Source: an uncultured delta proteobacterium
Lineage (GTDB): Bacteria; Desulfobacterota; Desulfobacteria; Desulfobacterales; CAVQMW01
DNA length: 64,000 bases
Direction: 5' to 3'
Assembly (NCBI GenBank): GCA_963713755.1
Contig: CAVQMW010000002.1
Location: 15,637 to 79,636 of the forward strand
The notes below the pieces were generated by a model. The model made no database searches, was not told where the DNA came from, and was given only the letters and a program-made list of their open reading frames with translations. Of the stretch, positions 26,690-34,097 are shown in pieces. The stretch's first letter is position 1, and the number at the start of each line of letters is the position of its first letter. Position numbers and translations under genes: made by a program.

Positions 26690-27625
26690 ATGAAGCCTGA
26701 CCTCAGTGCGCAGATCCGCAAGCGGTTGACCCAGGAATGCCTGACCGTACTCATCGCCGACTCGGGCTTGGGGGGGCTATCGGTCTGCGCCGCCATCGCC
26801 GCGGAATTGAAGGAGCGCCCCCTTACCCCCCAGGTTTCGTTGATTTACTACAACGCCTGGCCGGACAAAAATTTCGGCTACAACCGCCTGGCGGACGATG
26901 ACGCGCGGATCGGGATATTCGAACAAGCCCTGGCCGGCATGGCGCGCTTTGCCCCAGACCTGATCCTGCTCGCCTGCAACACCCTCTCCGTGCTCTATCC
27001 CCGAACCCAATTCAGCCGGTCCACGGGGATACCGGTGGTCGATATTATCGCTTTTGGCACCGATATGATCCGGGATGCCTTGGCCTCCGATTCCCTCTCC
27101 CGGGCCTTGATTTTGGGAACCCGGACCACCATCGCGGCTCGGACCCATGTCGAGGGGCTAGCGGCCCAAGGCATAGATCCGCGGCGGCTACACGCCCAGC
27201 CGTGCCATCTGCTGGCCACAGAGATCGAAAAGGGGCCAGCAAGTTCTTCAGTAGCCGCCCTGGTGAACCAATTCATGGGCAAAGCTGTTCGGCGGATCGG
27301 TCCGTGGCCCGGGGATCTTTTCGCCGCCTTGTGCTGCACCCATTTCGGCTATATCGGGGAGCTGATTGAGGCGCACCTGACGGAGCTGTTGCCCGGGCGC
27401 GCCATCACCCTGCTCAATCCCAATGAATCTATGGCGCGATTTCTCTTCGGTCTGGACCGTGGCCGGGGTAGGGGGGCGAGCCGTGTTGCGGTTCGAGTAG
27501 TTTCCAAAATCCCTTGGGAAACCGGGCGCCTGGCGGCCATCGGATCTCTGCTGTCGCCACTCTCCCCGGAAACCGTAACGGCGTTGCAGGCCTATGAGCA
27601 GATCCCCGATCTGTTTACCTTCTGA
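26690..27625 (+). CDS. Asp/Glu racemase family protein, glutamate-racemase paralog
   Basis: Reads IADSGLGGLSV (compare MurI DSGVGGL). The two catalytic-Cys contexts are LACNTLS and CCTHFGY. At 311 aa it is longer than typical MurI. Confidence 0.7.
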   Translation: MKPDLSAQIRKRLTQECLTVLIADSGLGGLSVCAAIAAELKERPLTPQVSLIYYNAWPDKNFGYNRLADDDARIGIFEQALAGMARFAPDLILLACNTLSVLYPRTQFSRSTGIPVVDIIAFGTDMIRDALASDSLSRALILGTRTTIAARTHVEGLAAQGIDPRRLHAQPCHLLATEIEKGPASSSVAALVNQFMGKAVRRIGPWPGDLFAALCCTHFGYIGELIEAHLTELLPGRAITLLNPNESMARFLFGLDRGRGRGASRVAVRVVSKIPWETGRLAAIGSLLSPLSPETVTALQAYEQIPDLFTF

Positions 27626-27696
27626 CCCGCCGCAAGAAAGGCCGGCGGCGTGGATGGGCACGTTCGACTCACCTTCAGCGTTCAGGAGCATAGGTT

Positions 27697-28689
27697 ATGA
27701 AACGGGTGTTGATCATCACCGGAGCGGCGGGAGACGCCCAGGGCTGGGGCGATCTCGGGGTCACCGAGACCCTGCGTGATGCCCTTTTGGCTGGCGGCTA
27801 CGAGGCGCGGATTGAGTTTGTGCGCAGCCTGGATGATTTCAAGCGGGCCCTGGATACGCGCACATTCGATATTGTCTGGAGCGCCCTTTACCACATCGGT
27901 GCTGAAGCCGACATCGTGGGGCAGAATCTTGATGAAGCGGCCTGGCTGGCGGATATCCTCGACCGCCGCCGGATTCCCTATATCGGTCCCAGTGCCCGGA
28001 CCATGCGCCAGCTCATCGACAAGAGCTGGACCCACCGAATTTTAAGCAACGCGGACATCGCCGTGCCCAACCATCACGAGGTGCCGGCAGGCCAGCAACT
28101 CCCCGAAGTCGCCTTTCCGGCCTTTGTCAAACCGAGCTGCGAATCCCGTTCCGTGGGGATCAGCGATGCCAGCGTGGTCCATGACCGCAACCAACTGGCC
28201 CGCCAGGTGGCCGAGGTCCATCAGCGCTACCGCCAGCCGGCTCTCATCGAGGCCTATCTCCCCGGACCGGAGTACACCGTGCTGATGCTGGCCAACGGCT
28301 CCGGACAGGAGTTTCTCACCGGAGTGGTGGAGGTGGAGGCGTGCTATTACGGTAAATACCCCATTTTGCGGGCCGATATGCGCGGCGTGGGCATCACCCG
28401 CATCGCCATTCCCGAAACCCGGGTTCAAGAGGCGGCCGAGTTGTGCCGCCAGGCGGTGGGCGCCCTCAATTGTCTGGACCACGTGCGGGTGGATATGCGG
28501 GTGGATGGCCAGGGAAAGCTGCGCATCATCGAAGTCAACGGAATTCCGGGACTCAAACCCGGCAAGAGCTGGAGCCCCCAGATCTACTCCCTCTACCACC
28601 CCTTAGCGGAGGGCGCCCTGGCCGAGTACCGGCAACTGGTCCGGCGGATTGTGGCGTCAAGCCTGGAACGCTATGGGATCAACGGATGA
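27697..28689 (+). CDS. ATP-grasp ligase, D-alanine--D-alanine ligase-like
   Basis: Reads IPYIGPS, DKSWTHRIL, FVKPSCESRSVGIS, IEAYLPGPEYTV and RVDMRVDGQGKLRIIEVNGIPGL, matching the Ddl-family architecture. An AGGAG RBS lies upstream. Confidence 0.8.
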   Translation: MKRVLIITGAAGDAQGWGDLGVTETLRDALLAGGYEARIEFVRSLDDFKRALDTRTFDIVWSALYHIGAEADIVGQNLDEAAWLADILDRRRIPYIGPSARTMRQLIDKSWTHRILSNADIAVPNHHEVPAGQQLPEVAFPAFVKPSCESRSVGISDASVVHDRNQLARQVAEVHQRYRQPALIEAYLPGPEYTVLMLANGSGQEFLTGVVEVEACYYGKYPILRADMRGVGITRIAIPETRVQEAAELCRQAVGALNCLDHVRVDMRVDGQGKLRIIEVNGIPGLKPGKSWSPQIYSLYHPLAEGALAEYRQLVRRIVASSLERYGING

Positions 28690-29552
28690 AGATCCCCGCC
28701 TATTCCGACCTTACGGCCGATTTGGGCACCCATGAGCGGGTGGCCGGCCGCGACCCCCTGGGGGGCTTTGCCTATGACTTGGATCTCACCTACCCTGGGC
28801 TGGCCGTGGCCATCCACGCCGGACACGGGGTGCGGCCCGAGTTGCGAGGGCTTATGACCATCTCCGATCAGGCGCGCCTGGCGGAGGAGGATCCGGCCAC
28901 GGACCAGTTCATCCGGGAGTGCCCCAGCGCCCTCTGGGGGCTCGATTCCCGGGCGGAGTACGACCTGAACCGCCCCCCGGAATCGGCAATTCCGCTGACT
29001 GCCGAAATGTTCTGGGGCCTGCAGGTGTACCGGCAGCGCCCGGATGAGGCTGCAATCCGGCGCAGCCTGGAGAAATACCAGGCCTTTTACCGCTTTGTGA
29101 AAAGTCTGCTCCAGGTGCTGCTGGCGCGCCACCGAACCTGCGTGGTGTACGATATCCACGCCTACAACCTGAAGCGGCAGCGGGCCAAGGGCCATCCCGA
29201 CCCCCCGCTGTTCAACCTGGGGACCCGGCTGTTGGACCGCCGCCGCTGGCGCGGGGCCATCGAGAGATGGCTTTCGGAACTGGCGGTAATCCCCATTACG
29301 GGGACCCCGGTCAGCGTGATGGAAAACGATGTGTTCGGCGGCCAGGGGGAATTTTGCCGCCGCCTGGGCCAGTGGGATCCCAATATTTTGGTCTTGCCCA
29401 CGGAGATCGCCAAAATTTATATGGATGAAGTGAGCGGAAGGCTCTACCCTGATATAGTTGACGCCATCCGGCGGGGCCTGGCCCGGGCGGTGACCCGCCA
29501 TGGCCGCCGGTTTCAGCAGCCCCAGACACGACCCCAACCCCGGCGTCTCTAA
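28686..29552 (+). CDS. N-formylglutamate amidohydrolase (FGase, PF05013)-family amidohydrolase
   Basis: I place the start at ATG 28686, which forms an ATGA overlap with the upstream stop, not at the track's 28443. The blocks VAIHAGHG, EEDPATDQF, DSRAEYDLNRP, YQAFY, VVYDIHAYN and FNLGT follow the order of FGase family motifs (H.G / D..TD / SR...D.NR / Y..yH / D.HS / .lG). Confidence 0.5.
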   Translation: MKIPAYSDLTADLGTHERVAGRDPLGGFAYDLDLTYPGLAVAIHAGHGVRPELRGLMTISDQARLAEEDPATDQFIRECPSALWGLDSRAEYDLNRPPESAIPLTAEMFWGLQVYRQRPDEAAIRRSLEKYQAFYRFVKSLLQVLLARHRTCVVYDIHAYNLKRQRAKGHPDPPLFNLGTRLLDRRRWRGAIERWLSELAVIPITGTPVSVMENDVFGGQGEFCRRLGQWDPNILVLPTEIAKIYMDEVSGRLYPDIVDAIRRGLARAVTRHGRRFQQPQTRPQPRRL

Positions 29553-29564
29553 CGGAGGATCCCC

Positions 29565-31457
29565 ATGGGCAGTCAGTTGGATACGAATTTGATGCACGCC
29601 TACCCGGAGAAGGTGGTGGCCCTGGAAGCGGCCCTGGGCCGCTTGAAAAACGGCAGCCGCATCTTCATCGGCACCGGCTGCGGCGAGCCCCAGCATCTGA
29701 TTCACGGACTGGTCAAGGATCAGCGGCTCCAGGATATCATGATCTACCAGATGCTCGCCTTTACCCTGAACGACTATCTGCTCCAGGATGATTTTCTCAA
29801 TCGCTTTGCCCTGAAGCTCTTTTTCGTCAGCCATCCCATGCGCCGGGCGGCCTTTGAAGGCAAAATCGATTATATTCCCACTTACCTCTCCGAGATTCCC
29901 GCCTTTTTCCGAAAGGACCAAATTCGCCTGGACGCAGCCCTGGTGCAGGTGACGCCTCCGGACCGCTTTGGCTACTGCAGTCTGGGCGTCTCCGTGGATG
30001 TGACCCGGGAGGCGGTGCGCCAGGCCAAAGTGGTCATCGCCCAGGTCAACCCGCGTATGCCTCGCACCCTGGGGGACAGCTTCGTGCATGTCAAAGACCT
30101 GGATTGCCTGGTGCCCTTTGAAGAGGATCTGGTGGAGAACAACCCCGCCGGCCCCCAATCGGTGGTGGCCCAGCGCATCGCCCATTATGTTTCCGAACTG
30201 ATCGATGACGGCAGCACCCTTCAGGTGGGCTACGGGCGGTTACCCTATGCCATCCTGCAATATCTTACCGACAAGAACGATCTAGGGGTGCACACCCACA
30301 TGATCACCGACGCCTTTATTCCCCTGTTCGAAAAAGGGGTGATCACCAACCGCCGAAAGAACTTGCTCACCGATCGCGCGGTGGCCGCCTTCTGCGTAGG
30401 CTCCAAATCGACCTATGACTATCTGGACGACAATCCCTGCTTCTTTTTCGGTGCGGCGGATTTCGTCAACAATCCCGGGGTGGTGGCCCGCAATGACAAC
30501 TTTATCTCCATCAGTTCCGCTCTGGAGGTGGATCTGACCGGTCAGGTCTGCTCCGATTCCCTGGGCCGGATGTTTTTCAGCGGTACCGGCGATCAGGCCA
30601 ATTTCATCCGCGGGGCGGCCCTCTCCAAGGGCGGGCTCTCCATCATCGCCCTGCCTTCCACGGCCAAAAACGGAACCGTGTCGCGAATTGCGGCCAATTT
30701 GAGCGCCGGCGCCGGATTGGCCACCCTGCGGGCCGATGTGAACTTCGTGGTCACCGAATACGGCATCGCCCAGTTGAAAGGCAAAAGCATCTACCAGCGG
30801 GCCGTGGAGCTGGCCCAGATCGCCCATCCCGACTACCGGGCAGGCCTGATCGAGGCGGCCAAGCGCAACAACCTGATCTTTGCCGACCAGCTGCCGCCGC
30901 CCGCCGAAGATCTCATGTTCATTGAGGATTACAAGAGCCGGCTGGAGCTTGCCGGCGGCCGGGTGATGAGCGTGCGGCCCTTGCTGCCGTCGGATGAAAT
31001 CGCCTATCGCAATTTTTTCTACTCCCTGGAAAAAGAGACCATCTACCTGCGCTTTTTCCAGCACATCTCGGTCTTTTCGCGCAAGATGGCCCAGAGCCAT
31101 TGGGCCACCCTGGACTACCGCCGCAGCATTTCCCTGATCGGCCTAGTGCGCCACAAGGGAAACCAGGAGATCATGGCGATCGGGACTTATATGGGGGGCG
31201 ATGACGCCCGGGCGGAGGTGGCCTTTGTGGTACGGGAGGATTTTCAGGGGCAGGGCGTGGCCAGCTACCTGCTGGGCCAATTGGAAACCATTGCCAGGGC
31301 CAACGGTTACCAGGGCTTCTTCGCCTCGATGCTGCCCCAAAACAAAGGCATGCTGCGGGTGTTTGAAAAGCGCTATCCCCAGGCGATTTTCAAAACCAGC
31401 TCCGGTGAAACCGCAGTGGTGATGAATTTTGCCGGGTCAACAGTCCAGGAGCCGTAA
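29565..31457 (+). CDS. acetyl-CoA hydrolase/transferase family domain fused to C-terminal GNAT acetyltransferase
   Basis: The N-terminal 430 aa or so reads IFIGTGCGEPQ, LQVGYG and SALEVDLTGQVCSDS, which is the CoA-transferase pattern. The C-terminal 170 aa or so reads VRPLLPSD..YLRFF..VVREDFQGQGVASYLLGQLETIARANG, which is GNAT motif A. Confidence 0.8.
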   Translation: MGSQLDTNLMHAYPEKVVALEAALGRLKNGSRIFIGTGCGEPQHLIHGLVKDQRLQDIMIYQMLAFTLNDYLLQDDFLNRFALKLFFVSHPMRRAAFEGKIDYIPTYLSEIPAFFRKDQIRLDAALVQVTPPDRFGYCSLGVSVDVTREAVRQAKVVIAQVNPRMPRTLGDSFVHVKDLDCLVPFEEDLVENNPAGPQSVVAQRIAHYVSELIDDGSTLQVGYGRLPYAILQYLTDKNDLGVHTHMITDAFIPLFEKGVITNRRKNLLTDRAVAAFCVGSKSTYDYLDDNPCFFFGAADFVNNPGVVARNDNFISISSALEVDLTGQVCSDSLGRMFFSGTGDQANFIRGAALSKGGLSIIALPSTAKNGTVSRIAANLSAGAGLATLRADVNFVVTEYGIAQLKGKSIYQRAVELAQIAHPDYRAGLIEAAKRNNLIFADQLPPPAEDLMFIEDYKSRLELAGGRVMSVRPLLPSDEIAYRNFFYSLEKETIYLRFFQHISVFSRKMAQSHWATLDYRRSISLIGLVRHKGNQEIMAIGTYMGGDDARAEVAFVVREDFQGQGVASYLLGQLETIARANGYQGFFASMLPQNKGMLRVFEKRYPQAIFKTSSGETAVVMNFAGSTVQEP

Positions 31458-31615
31458 TGAATATAGCCGACCCCGCCATTCAGGAAGCCCTGGACACCAT
31501 TATCCATTTTATCCGCGAAACCCGCCGGATCGACCCCACGCCGGAGCAGCTGGCCGCTGCCCTGAAACGCTACTTCGTGTTAAAGGAAATCGCCGATCAC
31601 ATCGATCTGGCCTGA
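31457..31615 (+). CDS. small hypothetical protein (52 aa), translationally coupled
   Basis: Below the ORF-track size cutoff. Its ATG overlaps the upstream TAA (TAATG). It reads MNIADPAIQEALDTIIHFIRETRRIDPTPEQLAAALKRYFVLKEIADHIDLA. The stop lies 13 nt before the MFS start. Confidence 0.4.
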   Translation: MNIADPAIQEALDTIIHFIRETRRIDPTPEQLAAALKRYFVLKEIADHIDLA

Positions 31616-31628
31616 CCATGAACCGCTG

Positions 31629-32828
31629 ATGCCCAGACGCGCCTACGCCATCATCATCGCCGGGTTCTTCACGGTTTCCATCGCCTATTCCATCCGCTAC
31701 GGCTATGGCCTGCTGCTCCCCGAGATGCTGCCGTCCTGGGGAATTTCCAAAACCGAGGCCGGGATCATCTACGCGGTCTACTTCGCGGTCTACCTGGCCG
31801 GCACTCCCCTGGTGGGGGCTTTGGCCGACCGCTACGACAACCGCTTCATCTTGACCCTTTTTACCCTGATCCTGGCGGCGGGTGCGGCCCTCATGGCCCG
31901 GGCCGCTTCGGTGTGGCAGGCGACCCTCTTTTTCTCCCTGGCCGGTTTGGGCAATGCCGCCTGTTGGGTGCCGGTTGCGGCTTTGGTGCAGCGCTGGGTG
32001 CCGGCGCAGCGCAAGGGAATTGCCCTCTCGGTGGTCACCATGGGGGTGGGCTTCGGAGTACCCTTGTGGAGCCTGGTGCTGCCCCTGGTGGTGGCGCGCT
32101 TCGGGTGGCAGGCGGGCTGGCTCTGCCTGGGCGGCTTTGGGGCGGCGGTGGCCCTGCTCAATGGGATCCTGGTGCGCAATTCCCCGGCCCAAGAGCGATC
32201 CGTGCTCCTCTCGGAGCCAAATCCACTCCCCTCCCAGACCCCCTATCTCCATTTGTTCCGGGATCCCAAGCTGTGGATTGTCGGCAGCGCCTATCTTTTC
32301 GTGGGCTTCAATGTGCTGGTGCCCTTTACCTTCATGGGGGTTTACGCCCGGGAAGGGCTCCACTTTTCCTATGCGGTCTCCACCCGCTTTGTGGCCCTGA
32401 TCACCCTTTTCGGCATTGTGAGCCAACTGGTGCTGGGCGCCTGGTCCGACCGGGTGGGACGTATTCCCATCATGATGATCTGTGGCAGTTTGATGGGGCT
32501 GGGGTGCCTGGCCATGACCCTGTTTCAGGATCTTGGGGCCTTGTATGGCGCGGCCATGCTTTACGGTTTGGGCTACGGGGCGGTGTGGCCCATGTACGGA
32601 ACCGCGGCTTCGGATTTTTTCCCCAAAGGGAACACGGCCGGCGTGGTGGGGATCTGGACGGTGTTCCTGGGGCTGGGATCCATTGCCTCCCCGGTGCTGT
32701 GCGGCTATATCATCGATGTCACGGGGGGCTACCGGGGCGTATTCCTGCTGGGGCTTGCCACGGGCGCTCTGTCGGCGATTCTGCTCCTGCCCATGCTGAA
32801 AAAACCGGTTTTAATCCAACCTGAATAG
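31629..32828 (+). CDS. MFS transporter
   Basis: 399 aa with about 12 hydrophobic helices. It has an MFS-like loop motif GALADRYDNRF between TM2 and TM3. Confidence 0.85.
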   Translation: MPRRAYAIIIAGFFTVSIAYSIRYGYGLLLPEMLPSWGISKTEAGIIYAVYFAVYLAGTPLVGALADRYDNRFILTLFTLILAAGAALMARAASVWQATLFFSLAGLGNAACWVPVAALVQRWVPAQRKGIALSVVTMGVGFGVPLWSLVLPLVVARFGWQAGWLCLGGFGAAVALLNGILVRNSPAQERSVLLSEPNPLPSQTPYLHLFRDPKLWIVGSAYLFVGFNVLVPFTFMGVYAREGLHFSYAVSTRFVALITLFGIVSQLVLGAWSDRVGRIPIMMICGSLMGLGCLAMTLFQDLGALYGAAMLYGLGYGAVWPMYGTAASDFFPKGNTAGVVGIWTVFLGLGSIASPVLCGYIIDVTGGYRGVFLLGLATGALSAILLLPMLKKPVLIQPE

Positions 32829-32866
32829 GGGCCTTGGAGTTATTGTCAAGGGCCGGGGCTTGGGGG

Positions 32867-33742
32867 TTATTGGGTGCCCACAAAGAAGGCCCGGAAGCGA
32901 TCCGGCGGCCAAGTCAAAGCGCGGTCGATCTCTTGAAGCAACCGCTCCTTATCTTGAGGCAATTCCCCCGCCAAGTTTAGATAATTGGTGTAGTGATCGC
33001 TGGCCAGCAGGGTGGTGCAATCGATGCGGCCGAGCAGCAGGCGGGTTTCCGTCAACACTCCATGGGGAGAGAGCAGCTCGAAGCGGCCCTTTTCGATCTG
33101 GTGCAGCAGGAGGGTGCTGAGTTTGGGCACCAGGGTTCGCAAGCGCACAAAATCGGGGCCAATGGCGTTAATGGCCGCGGCGGTATGCCGGGCATGGTTT
33201 TCCCAGCGCTCCACGCCCCCCAAACCAAGGATCACATAGAGGCTCAGCTCGATACCGGCGGCGATAACCATTCGACCGGCGGCAATCTGCTCAGCGGCGG
33301 TGGTGCCTTTTTTCACCTGGCGCAGCACCGGGTTATCCCCGCTCTCCAAACCCACATGGATGCGGCTTAGCCCGGCCGCTTTGAGGAGTTTCAGCTCGGC
33401 CGGCCCCTTGGCTGCGATATAGGGCGAGGAGCCGTAGACCGTGATCCGTTGCAGGTTGGGAAATGTGGTCTTGGCGTAGCGGCAGATGGCGACCAGTTCC
33501 CCGGTGGGCATGGCGATGGTGTTGCCGGCGGGAAAGAACAGCGTTCGGACCCTATCGCCGTATTGCCCGCGGGCGCGGTCCAGATCCTGACAGATTTCCG
33601 CCACTGGCCGAACCCGATAGGGCGGGCCCTTTTTGTAGACCATGCAGAAAGAACACTTGTTGTGGGGGCAGCCCACCGTGGCTTGAATCAATAAGCTGTC
33701 CGCTTCGCTGGGCGGGCGGTATATGGGGCCTTCGTAGCGCAA
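32867..33742 (-). CDS. radical SAM protein (Elp3-type small radical SAM domain)
   Basis: The N-terminus reads GPIYRPPSEADSLLIQATVGCPHNKCSFC (a CX4CX2C cluster motif). This is followed by FFPAGNT and RIHVGLESG blocks. Confidence 0.8.
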   Translation of the reverse strand: MRYEGPIYRPPSEADSLLIQATVGCPHNKCSFCMVYKKGPPYRVRPVAEICQDLDRARGQYGDRVRTLFFPAGNTIAMPTGELVAICRYAKTTFPNLQRITVYGSSPYIAAKGPAELKLLKAAGLSRIHVGLESGDNPVLRQVKKGTTAAEQIAAGRMVIAAGIELSLYVILGLGGVERWENHARHTAAAINAIGPDFVRLRTLVPKLSTLLLHQIEKGRFELLSPHGVLTETRLLLGRIDCTTLLASDHYTNYLNLAGELPQDKERLLQEIDRALTWPPDRFRAFFVGTQ

Positions 33743-33825
33743 AGGTCAAACACCTGATGAAGATGAGTTTTTGCGGCACAGACTAACGAAAATAGCTCTG
33801 ATAAATGACATGGGTGATACTTATT

Positions 33826-33860
33826 CTTGAAAATCGTCATGTCAACTGACGATTTTCAAG
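33826..33860. promoter_or_regulatory. perfect 14-bp inverted repeat (candidate operator) in divergent intergenic region
   Basis: Reads CTTGAAAATCGTCA-tgtcaac-TGACGATTTTCAAG. It lies between the radical SAM gene (-) and the acyl-CoA dehydrogenase gene (+). No U-tract follows on either strand. Confidence 0.5.
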
Positions 33861-34097
33861 TCTATCCGTCTGTCTGTTTGACAAGATACAGATGTTTTGC
33901 GATGTAGGCTGACAGTCAAGCCTTTATGAACTGCAACAGGCGTTACACTTCCAAATCTCCTGGCCTGAAAGTCGGCGAATATGCGGATTTTCCTGCGGTA
34001 CTGGATTTCATGGCCGGCTGGGTCTGAGCGGATCCGATTCTGGCCACTTCGAGGTATGAACAGTAGTTGTCGATGCAGGTGAAACGGAGGAAACCAG

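Noticed and set aside
28443-28685. Upstream 81-codon extension of the FGase-like ORF given by the ORF track
   Set aside because: The extension lies entirely inside the ATP-grasp gene in another frame and is Pro/Gly/Arg-rich. The ATG at 28686 gives an ATGA stop/start overlap, which fits operon coupling.
28671-30185. 504-aa minus-strand ORF overlapping the FGase-like and CoA-transferase genes
   Set aside because: It is the mirror frame of two strongly recognisable plus-strand genes. Its composition is G/A/H/Q/P-rich low-complexity sequence with no motifs. This is a typical artefact of high-GC DNA lacking stop codons on the antisense strand.
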